A stretch of DNA of 63,774 nucleotides, the filler included, from Collodictyon triciliatum (lineage: Eukaryota), in assembly GCA_043381765.1 (NCBI GenBank). It is 8 parts of 8 records of this genome, joined end to end, with 100 filler letters (N's around TTAATTAATTAA, not from the genome) between each part and the next. Parts side by side here need not be neighbours in the genome. Positions count along the whole stretch, not along the records: positions 16,133 to 24,088 come from JBHJMP010003710.1; positions 24,189 to 32,031 come from JBHJMP010003713.1; 6 more parts are not named here. One strand, given 5' to 3'. This document shows positions 16,133 through 28,965 of the stretch, piece by piece. The notes under the pieces are model-generated. The model was not told the origin of the DNA. It worked only from the letters and a program-made list of their open reading frames with translations, and made no database searches. The position numbers and the translations under genes are program-made. Each line of letters begins with the position of its first letter. Positions within the stretch are counted from its first letter, which is position 1.

Positions 16133-19100
16133 TTAGATATTGGATTTGCTTTCAGGTTGGTTTTTGATCTGTTTGCTTTTCTCTTCTCAACTCGGCCTTT
16201 TTCATGGGATTCGCCTATTGGTGGAAAAAAATAAATCCCTCGTTTATACATAGTTTCCTTTATTCGATACAAGTGAATGAAGGTTTTTTAAAAAATCTAC
16301 AGGACGCCGTAGTTGTTGCATCTTGGTTGAAAGCAGTGACACGTGTCGGTTAAGGGGTTCAGGCCAGCAGCGTACGGAATCTGGATTTGTGGCTCATCAA
16401 TATGCAACCGATAGGGTCGAGAATAGTTGCAACTTTTAAGAGGTGCGATTGCCAAGGATTCTGACCTCAATTTGATCGGAGGCCAAATTCTCCCTTGGGG
16501 CGAAAGTCCACGCGACTACCCTGCTCTCCTTTACTATCAGATTCCATTATATTCGTTCATTCTATTAGACTCCAAATTCAATACCCTTGACTTATATATG
16601 TCTAGTATTCAACAGATACCATATAGCAGCCGACAAACCAGCATAACTTCTTCAGCATAGGCATTAGCGGAACCGGCAAGAATATTGTTTATTATTTTTG
16701 CAGACTCTGAAGAAATATACCTTTATTTTTTGAATCAGAAACTACAGTATTACTAAAATTTTTGGAAACATAAGTAATGCATTATCCATTCTTATAATCT
16801 GAAGATAGTCATCCGTTCAACTTTACTCTTTGAAACTCAAAATCATACTTTAATCAACCAGATTCAGGTATGACACATGTTTGGGAAAATCTATATGTAT
16901 TTTTATGATTCCAAATAAACGGTAGATTCTGATAATTTGCTATCTTAGTTAATTTTTACCCTAACATTTCATAAGGCTTAAATGATATTGAGTAATATAT
17001 GAAATAAAAATAACTAAGTTGGAAATAATCAATCATGAATTAATCTAACGATATTAAAGGGGGTTTCATTGATACAAAAAAATCTATACGTAATTAATAC
17101 AACAATTTGACTCTTTTTTAATTATTCCATTCCATTTTGTGCAGGACGGTGGGGATGTTGGCTTTGGTTCGCTAGCCATCGTTTGCATGGACGCTACTTG
17201 GTGGCTGGGTGGCAGGAAGTAGTCGGTAATCAGGAATTGCATCCTGTAGTTTGGCCTGTAGCCCGGGTCTTGTGCTTGGATAAGAAAGACCAGGACAAAA
17301 ATTTCAACTCTTAAAATATCTTGATTATTTCTCAGGATGAACTCAAAAAAACCATTTATAATAGCACTGCATGAACTTTCAGAAAGGGCCCATCTGTCAT
17401 ACCATTTCATCGTACAAAGAACTCTGAAGCTTTCATTTTTTTGGTAATGGATAAGTCATACAGTAAGTTGATCAAGCCGATTTATAGTATCGAAAGGAAA
17501 TTTATCTTAAGGTATCAAGTACCATTAATCTAATTTTTATAATAATTAAAGAAACTCATGATTAAAACTTTGAGGGTATTACAAACAATTGTGCAATCTT
17601 TGGGCCAGATTGACCAAGATTCTGACAGTAAAAAAATATGATTCTTGTCTAATTTTACCTTCTAATTCTTATCATAATTGAAAAGCACGAAAAATTTTAA
17701 ATTTATACGACAGAAAATTCGTCATATGTTTGATATTCAACGATAGAAAAACCAGATACACACACTACAAGTACATGTGTGTATAGCCTAATTTTTAGCA
17801 GATCATCAATCAAACTTCATTCTCAATTTAGGTCTCGTTTTGGTAAATGGTTCAATCTGACAACTTCATAGACCAGCTGAAAAATCGCATTGCTTTATTC
17901 AATCTACCATATTAAGCATTAATTGTTCATCTTCAATCGGAAAATGTTCAAACTAAAGTCATGGGCAAAACTCAGATACAGTTGCAAATGGAAGGGACAA
18001 AAGACAAAATCCGTGGGAAAGGGAACTGTTTCGATCTACTACTTGGAGGAGGGGGAGGGGTGGTGGATCGGCGGCTCCTAGTTTTCCCGATGGTCTGAAG
18101 TAAAGGTCTAAGAACGTGCGGTGGGAGTATTGGGTCGTGTTGTGTGTGGAAGTAAGTATGTCTTTGTCCAGTCCAGTCATTCATGACCAAAAAATAAATA
18201 AAATAATAATATTTGTTGTAAATTTTTGTAATCGAAAGTCATGTATCCTTTTTTGCGGTAAGGAGACTTTATTTAATTTGAAAACGTTGCCTAATTACAA
18301 AAGAAAAAACTTATATAAATACGAATAATTTTTATTAAAAACATTTCAGTTGTAAAACTATTACTAATGATGATAGAACAAAAATCTATAGAATTAAGAA
18401 TTATAATCGGAGTCTGGCCATGCTAGTTATTTCATTATTCAGTTGGTAGATTTAATCCTAACATAAAATACATGGAATCAATATTTTAATACTTACAATA
18501 AATACAATAATATCAGCTATATATTTTCTAATTAATTTTAATCGAGATGAAATGTCTGTCTAAAGCATCTGCATTGCTATGTCGTTGGTATTTGTAATAA
18601 TCTTATTACGTATCACCTTATGAATGCTAAATCTACAAAAAAATTCTTTAAATTACGTATCTACTAGAGAAGCTTAGTTATTTGCATACTCTTAGTATCC
18701 GTATTTTAAATTCCATTTTAATTAAATCAATAGATACACTTTTGCATCAAATGTGAATTAAAAAACCAACTAACCAAAATATGAACCATTATTATGTCCA
18801 AATCGAAAAACACATATCATATCCCCGCTAAAAACCAGTTTGTCGCTGAATGATACACCACCCCTCCCCTTGACCGAACTGCAATCTTTTGTCCACCGCT
18901 TTACGCCCATACCCTTCACCTAACTAGACCTTGTTCGTTTCTCCAAGTGAAATGATTTGTTAGTTTACTGCTCAATAAAGAAACCTATTTGATAATTAAT
19001 CGTTGTTAAATCATCTAAATTAGTTTAATTTTCTCCCTTAAAGATTTAGATGTCGATTTATCAAATCCAAAAAAATGCACCCTCCTCCTTCCAATTCCAA

Positions 19101-20430
19101 ATCAATCAGAGGTAATGAAAAGGTATTTCTTATATGTATTTTTATGTTCTCCCGACTAACCAAGGATATGGTAGACGGTCCACGCCCTTTTTTTGTTTTA
19201 CGATTACCATCATTCAAATATATTTAAAAAAATCCTTTTATGCATACAATATTATTTTCGTATATTTATGTTGATTTCTTAATGATTTATTTATTTAATC
19301 CACCACATACAGTATGCCTTCTATGATTGTTTCATATCAATGATTCTATCATTTTATCAAATCCTTGATATTGTTCGGTTTATTCCTATTCGGTCAAAAT
19401 ATGGCCGAGTACAAGTATTAATGCATACACACTTTTATTGATAATCTATATTATTCATTTTTATCAAACATTCAAAAACAAGGATTCAATTTGTCTGCAT
19501 TGATAGAAATGTAAACCAATTGAATAGCTAAACTTTCAGTTCTAAAATATCTCTTGAAATGATTGTGATTGTAAATTAAATAATATCAATACGTTTTTTT
19601 ATATTTGTATCATAATGAGTTTTAGCTTTTTATAAACACTGATTTTATCTTAGGTTTCGAAGAAACTTAAAAATCTCATGGTTTAGAGCTCAATGAAATA
19701 TAATATTTACATAAAACATATCGTTATTAATAGCCAAAAGAATATAGTCAAATTTTTATCTATATAACTAATCAATGCTTTGCTTTTGATTTGTATAGCT
19801 GGTTTTGATTTAATGAATAATATGAATATGGGAACTGACATACGATTGGATTTAAGATAGTTGGTTGATTTGAATCCACAATTGAGAGCCTTTTTATAGA
19901 GAATGAAATAATCACGATGAAAAAGATACATGAAAATCTATAGTGAAACTGATCGCTAATCACTGAACCTCTTAGAGATGATACCCAGCTCTCAAAAAAC
20001 ATATTTTGGTGTTTCAATCAGTTGTTAATGTAAGTTTACCGAATATTAGGATGAGACTCGTCGCTTGGCCGCCGTTTCCATATACATAGATGCTTGTGCT
20101 TCATGAGTAAGCATAGTTCTAAAACAATTAATAATCCAGCTAACTGAAGGGAGATTTCATATACTCAATTTTAGACTTTTAAATCCAGAACAAATTATAT
20201 CGGAAGCCATTTGGAAGGGCGATATCATTTTTCTCATATAATAATTATTTGTCATTGTCAATCAAACAGGGGTTCTTTAATAATTGATTCAATATAAATT
20301 ATCTAATAATATGGCTGTTTTAACCTCTGGTTGTTTGATTAATTACTGTGTGATTATATGTTTAACACTAATGTGATTCAAATAAATGGTTCTTCTTATA
20401 ACATTTTTCATTATCATGACGAATAACAAT
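16133..20430. repeat. Dispersed duplicated block, copy B (inverted relative to 2560-6890)
   Basis: See copy A. Examples: 19141-19300 matches the reverse complement of ~3720-3870, and 20000-20070 matches ~2940-3010. Cut off by the scaffold start. Confidence 0.92.
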
Positions 20431-21310
20431 TTATACGAATCCAACAACCAAGAACTTTTTTTTCCAATTTGGAACTGACATTATAATTTTAGGAATGACT
20501 AAAGTTCTAGCCGTCACAATGATTTTATGCAAATAGTTCCATTCTCTTTTAATTATTTTAGTCATTAATCAACTCATATGAATCAAAAACTCATGATAGT
20601 CTTATCTATCAGAATTCATTTGTATTTACAATCATACGTTTTAGCTTATCGGTGAATATCCAAAGATGATGAATAATAGATTATTTATCTGGTTTATTTG
20701 ATATTGAAAAATGAGAGAGGATTATAAATAGTGAATTAAGATATATGTGTGTACAAAAAGACAAGTGGTTTACGGATATGAGATTGATTTATTACAAGGA
20801 AAGTAAAAAATATAAATAAGACAGTTCATATGAAAATTATAAAATCAAATAATGAATATAAATTTATACACTAAAAAATTCATTCATTTTTCCTACGCAA
20901 TATGTTTGTGTTGATTTAATTTTATAAATGATGCATTATTTTCATCGTATCAACTTTATATCACATGAAAAATCGATAATATTTGATAAATAGACACAAA
21001 ATTAAGCTTCAATTTAAGAATTACTTTATTTAATACTGAATATTTTTGAAATCATATTTGCTGAATATTCCTATGTTTGGTGAATAAAATATCGGCAGAA
21101 CTGATTATATTCAACTTATACTGAGAAATTGTTGCAATAGAACAGAAATGCACTCATTAGATGAAAAAAGAACTGCTTTCCAACGCGATAATAACTTCGA
21201 ATCGAGAAGGACATCTCCCAAAATTCCTGCAACGTGCGTTTCATAATTAAATCTGTGATAAATACATTTGATTAATTAGTCTTAATTTTAAATATATACC
21301 CAGAAATTCG

Positions 21311-24088
21311 ATGCTTTTGGTTGTGTTTATTGCCATCGTTTTCATTGTTTCATCGGCATCCTCAATTCATCCACGTCAAAGGTATATTTTGATTTATGAA
21401 TATTTATAGAGTACACTTTTGACTCAAATAAGGAAAACAGATGCCAGTATTCAAGAGATGAGTTGCTTTCCATGAAAATCGAAGATGCATTCCAAATTCT
21501 GTTGAGCTACTACGGTGAGACATGTCCTTTGTTAAAAGATAGTGAGGATAACTTTTCAGGGTTGATGAATGGTTGGAAAGATGGAGAATACTCGCTAGAA
21601 AATGGACATGGTGCTGAATGGAATTATGGAAGAAAATTAACATTTAGTAAGGCCGATTTTTATCAAGAAATTCATCCGCCTAAACGAAGTGGAAACAGGG
21701 AACGGGGGTTGGAGAACGAAGAGAACCGAAATGTGGCAGATGGAGATACTGAGACCCAATACGAACTCCTTGTCCAACTCTATGATTTACTTGGCGGCGA
21801 TAATTGGTTTCGGAACACTGGATGGAAGAATGAAAGTATTCCAATATGTGATTGGTATGGAATATCGTGTCATCAGAGTTGTTTGGATGAGGATTATAAG
21901 GTGATTTCTTGAAAAGATAATCATATCTATTGATTTTATTCTTGACATATTTTCTTTTATTTATAGAACAACACATGTCCTATATATGAAGTCAGGATGT
22001 CAGGAAACAACCTTAATGGTGACATTGAAGCTGCCTCTGCAATTTTTGAGAAGCTTCAATTGTTGGATTACTTGGACATGAGCTACAACTTCATTTACGG
22101 AAATCCTCCAGACTTTAATATCCCAAGTATTACGTATCTGAAACTCCATGTGAATCAAATTACAGGAACAGTTCCAATCTTCAGTGGAATCCCAAATGTT
22201 TTAAGAATTTATCTTTACAACAATCGGTTGACTGGTAAATTTTATTTTAATTCCATGTGTTATTGATAAAAACTAACTTTATATTACAGGAACTGTTCCA
22301 AACTTCAGTGGAATTCCAAATGTTTTAAGAATTTATCTTTACAACAATCGGTTGACTGGTAAATTTTATTTTAATTCCATGTGTTACAAGTACAAAGCTA
22401 AATTTATACTACAGGAACAGTTCCAAACTTCAGTGGGGTTCCAAATGTTTTTGAGATATATCTTTACAGCAACCAATTGAATGGTAAGTTTCAATTATTA
22501 TTTTCATGTATTATTGATAAAAACTAACTTTATATTACAGGAACAGTTCCAAACTTCAGTGGAGTTCCAAATCTTGAAAGAATTTATCTTTCCAACAATC
22601 AGTTGACCGGTAATTTATATTATTATTTCATGTAATATTGATGCAAAGCTAACTTTATACAACAGGAACTGTTCCAAACTTCAGTGGAATTCCAAATTCT
22701 TTAGGAATTTATCTTTACAACAATCTATTGGATGGTAAGTTTATTATAATAATTTTATTTATTATTGATGAAAACTAACTTTATACCACAGGAACCGTTC
22801 CAAAATTCAGTGGAATTCCAAATGTTTTAATAATTTACCTTGATAGAAACCGATTGAATGGTGATTCCTATTCATTTTTCCTTCTTTTTTTTTTGATTTT
22901 CATTTTTAACTTAATTTAATGAGTAATTTTAGGCACAATTCCAAACTTTTCATATATTCATAAACTGGAGATTTTTTCTGTCTATGATAATCAACTGGAG
23001 GGAAATGTTCCTGATTTCAAAGATTGCATAAACATCAAGGAAATAGTGTTGTTCCGAAATATGTTGTCAGGCACATTACCGATGTTCAATCTGAATAACC
23101 TGACAAGACTGGATGTGAGTGAAAACCAAATCAGTGGCTCTATACCAGAAAATTGGATATTACCTTCAATTAAATACATCGACTTGTCTTGGAACAAAAT
23201 GAACGGCAGAGTTCCAACCTATTTTCAGGGACTGCCAGAGCTGAAATCACTCGTTTTCTCTCACAACAAATTCTCTGGAAGCATGCCTGATTCGTTCTGG
23301 AATCTGCCCAATCTAGTCACCATTGACTTGAGAAACAATTCGTTTTCAGGAGACATTGGTATTTTTATTGTTCCAGCTTCAGGAAATTACGATTATTTTT
23401 ATGAAAACCTTTTGCTTGATGACAACCAACTCTATGGAGTATTGAAATGGAGGATATTTCAATATGCGGTAAACATAAAAACATTAAGTATTAAAAATAA
23501 TAACATCACCAAGCTTGATGAACTTACAAATCTCTTGAGCTGGACTTACCTTGACCTCACTGGAAATCCGATTGTTGGGAGCATTCCTGAATCATACATA
23601 GGATTTTCAAAGCTTGAATATTTGGGATTAAATACAACATCGATGAATCACGGAACAGCTAATTTTCTTCCTGGTTTTATGAATTTTACGACATCTTTCA
23701 ATCTACAAGATGAAACAAAACGCTACCTTTGTCCTTCCATTATTTCGAAATCTGGTCTGATTGAGTTGGAGGTTGACTTGAATCCAGAATACTATGACTT
23801 TGAATTTTGTAAATGTTTGACTGGATATTTTGGCTTTGGAAATAATTGCGTTCAATGCCCAAGAGGATGTGATTGCCTTGATGGAACGTCCTTGAAATTT
23901 TGTCATGCTTCACCAAGCGTCACCTCTGTGAAATCAATACTGCCGTGTCCACGTCGCGAGTCATGTGATGTGTCCATTCCAGAGAAAATTTCGAATTCAA
24001 ATACGACGGTGGAAATCATAGACCTGTGTCAAGAGGGTTATGAAGGTTATGCCTGCTCAAAATGTCAGAATGGATACGGAAATCAAGG
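21311..24088 (+). CDS. Signal-peptide LRR receptor-like protein (LRR N-cap, LRRs, Cys-rich module); 3'-partial
   Basis: Exons at 21311-21381 (MLLVVFIAIVFIVSSASS), 21441-21900 (N-cap LVQLYDLLGGDNWFRNTGWKNESIPICDWYGISC), 21967-22234, five 69-nt exons, and 22933 to the scaffold end. The last exon has plant-type LxxLxLxxNxLSGxIP repeats, then CKCLTGYFG..CVQCPRGCDC...CQEGYEGYACSKCQNGYG. All junctions are GT-AG and in frame. Confidence 0.92.
22166..22860 (+). repeat. Tandem exon+intron array (~125-nt period), one 23-aa LRR per exon
   Basis: Exons 22290-22358, 22415-22483, 22541-22609, 22666-22734 and 22792-22860 are each 69 nt, phase 1-1. The 55-57 nt introns are homologous, carry CTAAC/CTAAA branch points and end in ACAG. 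Confidence 0.93.
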
Positions 24089-24394
24089 NNNNNNNNNNNN
24101 NNNNNNNNNNNNNNNNNNNNNNNNNNNNNNNNTTAATTAATTAANNNNNNNNNNNNNNNNNNNNNNNNNNNNNNNNNNNNNNNNNNNNAGTGAAAGTCAA
24201 TAAAAAGCGAAAAATTCCACAAAAAACAAAAAAAAAAAATTAATAAAAAAAAAAAACCCAAAAACCAACCCAAAAAAAAAAAAAAAAAAAGAGCCTAAAT
24301 CGTGCCTATGAATATAACTTTACTCGAAGAGAAAAAAAAAAGAAAAAGGAAAGACAAGAGCCAAAGGAAAGAACTCAACTTTGTTTTCTCTTTT

Positions 24395-25810
24395 CAAACA
24401 GTGGGTCTGGTGTTAATGCCCTTGGATATTTCTTTGGAACCCTCTGATTCGTACCTGCATGTATTTTACATATAGTAATATATGTCGTATGACTTATGAT
24501 AAAATTCATTTTTATGCAGTTCGGTTTTCCAGACATCTGTGTTTATATATTATGACCGTTTATCATCATTAATGACCTTTTAAAAAAATAATTGATATGA
24601 GAAAGCAAACAAGTTGAAATTTTCTATTGAACGATTAATCAATAACAAAATTAAATCAAATCAAATAGTATTGAAGATGAAGTGATTTGAGAAGCACAGG
24701 AATTTCCAAAAGGAACGAACCCAAAAAATCGCTCGAAATGCAGTCTTCGGCATCATCTGGATGTGAAAATGTCAGAAAGAAAAATTAGCTGGAAAGCAAA
24801 ACAACTAGAGAGGAGAAAATGGTTAATTAAAGCTAGAAATAAATTCCAAGCATAATACCTGTAGGGTAGGATTATCTGCTAAATGATTTCCATTTCATTA
24901 AAAAAAATACATTATTTAGATGTGTGCTCTTGCCTGTAGCGCCAAGCACAAAGTCACTATCGTATTGGGCTTCGAAATGTACATGTGCATGACTCTCCAT
25001 TCCTGAAGAGGATACATCGGTTGGGGTGGACGAATCCGTCTCTATTTTTTAATTATTATTATTATTTTTAATTCCGTCGTAAGGATATGGGATGTCTCTG
25101 TAAACTAGAAAACTATTATGTCTTTACATTACATATAGGGGGAAAGAGACGTCATAACATATTCGTCGATTTTGTCATATTCGTTTCTCTTTTATTCACT
25201 TTCTTTTATTTTTATTTTTTTAAAAAAAAGAAAAAGAAAAAGAAAAAGAAAAAGAAAAAGAAAAAGAAAAAGAAAAAGAAAAAGAAAAAGAAAAAGAAAA
25301 AGAAAAAGAAAAAGAGAATATATACCTAGACTTGATTTTCGCCCACTGCGGAAGTGAACCGGGTTTCCCGGATGGTAGTTTGACGGTAACGCGCCCTTGA
25401 GAGCAGGCAAAGCTCGCGCTCCCTTCCCTCCAGCTAATTGTGAAGAGATAGACCTTCGCACCAACACAAGCACAAAGTTTATTGGAAAATAACGAGAGAA
25501 AATGATATAAATGACAGAAAAGCGGAAAAGGTGGGAGGACAGTTAAGCGCCCGTCGAGAATGGCACTGACAAAGCGACACATACGAGCGATCTGCTCCGC
25601 TGGGAGGCCGAGTAGACGTTGGTGTTGGTGCAGACGAAGTCATGTCGCGCAATCTCTGCAAATAATAATAATGATAATAATACTGAGTTCGCAAATCTAG
25701 GAGAAGTAGCAGGAAAAGCCTGAGGGAAACAACGGTTCCTGAGTCATAGGCTCTCTCCCACAGCCACAAAAGCACTGTCTCGTTTGCTCAGACTAGTTGG
25801 TTCTGTTGGT
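24395..25810 (-). CDS. Probable multi-exon hypothetical gene (or 3' exons of the upstream LRR gene)
   Basis: GC-richer islands bounded by AG/GT on the minus strand (~25655-25585, 25433-25327, 25043-24935, ~24455-24395). The reading frame could not be resolved and no domain was recognised. Confidence 0.3.
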
Positions 25811-25834
25811 TCGCTATGATTCTTCGTTATTATT

Positions 25835-25877
<43 letters not shown>

Positions 25878-25880
25878 TTA

Positions 25881-25972
<92 letters not shown>

Positions 25973-26151
25973 GTTGTTGTTGTTGTTGTTGCCTGCAAAT
26001 TTATTTAATGGCGCGAAGAGGGAGGCGCTTAATTAAAGTTGTTTGCTGCGATAATGGAAATGCCTATTTTTGACAGAAACGGAACTCTGGTTTCCATTGT
26101 GTCGATCGCCCGGTGGCGGCAGCGGCAAAGGGAGCGAAGGGAGGCCAGGCT

Positions 26152-28000
26152 TCATCCGGACGAGAGAATCAGATTGTGCGAGATGTCAAGCGAGACCAAG
26201 GAGGCCAAGGAGAACACACAACGCGGTATCTCCCTCAACTGGGTGTGTGGCAGCAAAGATTAAAACCGTGCCAATATATATGACTGAGGTATTGACAGCG
26301 AAAAAAAAAAAAAAGGGAAAAAAAGGAAGAAAATAAGGGAGTATCCAACAATCTCATACAAGATGTAAAAGCAAAAGACTGTATTCCAAATGGCACAATT
26401 AATAGCGGAAAGACAACAGCATATGTAGGCGAATTCTTTGTGTTTGGCTATGATTTCATAACTTGTGAACACATAATGACAAAGGGAGAATATGAATACT
26501 TGGTTTTTGCTCAAGCAAAATTTTTGCAACCCCGTGAGAAGAGACATAGAATCTGGAAGTGACTTAAGCTATTTAAAAAAAAAAGTGATTGATAGCTTTC
26601 AACAAAATATTTTTGAGTGCATCGCTTTTCAGGTATATATACAGGGTTCCCTTTGAAGAAAATCAGGGTAAGGGGGGGTTTTCTTCTTCAATTAATACAT
26701 TATGTTGTGTAATTATGTGAGAATAAAACTATAGTGACGAAAAATGAAACGTGACCTTGTTGAATGGGATATAAATGATTCTACTACCTGGTTGTACGAT
26801 ATATCTATCGATGTAAACCCTGTCCATTTATTTATCAAGGATGGCGATGCCGCGAAAGCCGAGTGTGCGCAGATTACATCATAAAGTTCAATTAACTTCA
26901 GTCTTTCAGAGAAAGGTATTTGCATCTTGAAGTCAAGTTGATCGATGTGATTTTGTGATATGGACATAAGGCTTTTAGGAGCCCGTCGAACGTCAGTCAT
27001 TCCTTCGGATTCTATAGACAAGACTCGCAGTTTCCTTAAAAAAGCTAACCCGCTCGGAAGGACGTCAATCTATCAGTTCAGCAGTACGATAAGGATAAGG
27101 TTATATATACATTTATATATTGGTTAAATTCATATGGAAGAAAAACGATTCGATTAATTCGGAACGAAATGCATGACTTACAGGGTTTTCGTGGATGGAA
27201 AGGCTTGTCAATTTGGTCAGGGAGGAAATATCGTCTGGTAAGACCTCGATACAGTTCTTGTGAAGATAGAGCATAACAAGGTTTTTCATTTCCCATACGC
27301 AATTGGGTACCGATGTCATTATATTATCGCTTAAATCTAACATAAAGAGGTTCTGCAGTTGGGATGCGTTGTAAGGGAGGGCATCAATTTTGTTTTCGTT
27401 GAGACAGAGCAGCTGCAGTCTTTTCAGGCGAGAAATACCATCCGGGATAGATGACAAGTTGTTACGACCGAGCCATAATGAAATCAAATTGGACAGTGCG
27501 GATATACCAAACGGCACTCCAGTGATGCTGTTATTTGCTGCGTTGAGTGTATCCAATCTTGTCAATAGCGATACGCCTTGTGGGAGAGACGATAGGAAGC
27601 GTTCATTGTAAAGGCCGAGCTCTCTCAAATTGGTCAGGCATGAAAGGCCCTCTGGCAGTGCAGATAAGCGGTTGCTGCTCAAGTTGAGAACCGTCAGGTT
27701 GGTTAGAGTAGAGACGCAGTCAGGAAGCTCTACAAATGAGTTTCCAAATAGATTAAGCAAAAGCAGGCCTGTCATCAGAGATATCCAATGGGGTAAAAGA
27801 ACAAGAGAGTTTGAGTTTGCAAATAGTTCCTGTAGATGAGGCAGTAAAAGCAGAGACTCAGGCAAGTTGTCGATGGAGCGAACATTGAACGAAAGGTGTG
27901 TGCACTGCCTGAACGGTTTGTCCCTGGGCTGGTATTGCGGATGGAGTTTCTTGAGCGCTTGCAAGGCAATTTCTTCGGGTGTGCTGGGTTTGTTGCCCAT
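26152..28000 (-). CDS. Intracellular LRR protein with N-terminal myristoylation-like motif, multi-exon
   Basis: MGNKPS start, about 9 LRRs in the 28000-27180 exon (e.g. LTNLTVLNLSSNRLSALPEGL), and further exons IDVLPSGLAFLRKLRVLSI, LKSLPDSMSLLTGLQKFCLSKNQ and LREIPRCVFSLASLVSLDISHNLI. The 3' end is uncertain. Confidence 0.8.
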
Positions 28001-28319
28001 GGCTTCTCGGAGGCTCTTACTGCTTTGCTGGTCGCCCTGCTGGGGTAATAGTCGGCTGTGTTTGGGTTGAAAGGTACTTTTAGGTTCGCGGACTCATACT
28101 TATCAACCTTCGTTGCTTTGTTGTTTTTTTGTTTTTTGTTNNNNNNNNNNNNNNNNNNNNNNNNNNNNNNNNNNNNNNNNNNNNNNNNNNNNNNNNNNNN
28201 NNNNNNNNNNNNNNNNNNNNNNNNNGTTTTTTGTCGTTTTTCCCAAAGTTTTTGTTTTATTTTCACAGGTATTTTTTTCATGTGCTATGCAGTCTAGTTT
28301 TGTTCATCTGAAATAAAAT

Positions 28320-28910
28320 CACCACGAATTCCCCTGGAGGTATCAATTTTGTTAACCGTAAAGATGTAGAGACTATTGATTTGTGACATTTCATGTAAAT
28401 AGATCTTTAGGTATTTTTGGGCGTTTATGCTGAAACTTTGTAAAAGCATATTGTTAAATTTGTCATAATCAAATATATAACAGGCAATTCAACAGAGTAA
28501 AATCTATATTAAAAAAAACCTGTGTTTCCGAATGAGTCAAACAAAAATTCATTCATTCCTAGTACAGGGTAGAAATTAAATATTTGCCTATCGGGTAAAT
28601 ATCGAGTCGAAGTGCACATTGTTTTTGTTTACCCAACAGCCCATACGAAACAGTCCCGATGTCGATGACAATTTTTGTGCTTGTTCCCTCATGAAAATCG
28701 CATCCCCTCAATAGTGAAAGTTTATCTCGGACCTTTTTTGGCGTATCAAAAAGTATTTCTAGAATGCCTTATTTTTTTTTTTAAAAAAAAAAGATTGGTT
28801 TGATAACTTACTTCAAAAGAAAACCGAAAAGCTCTATTCAAAACGCTGGTGTTGTTTTCAAAAAATTCATCTGCATACATCGGTTTGGAAAGGGCCTGAT
28901 AGAATAGGTG

Positions 28911-28965
<55 letters not shown>

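Noticed and set aside
16290-18190. Alternative genetic code (TAA/TAG = Gln), or reversed/complement-only coding, in the duplicated block
   Set aside because: Some frames show only TAA/TAG stops and short kinase-like words, but differences between copies are not synonymous in those frames. Real genes here end in TAA (actin, WD40, PIG-B) or TGA under the standard code.
22166-22860. CRISPR-like repeat-spacer array
   Set aside because: The 'spacers' are homologous GT-AG introns and the repeats translate as in-frame LRRs. No cas genes are present and the context is eukaryotic.
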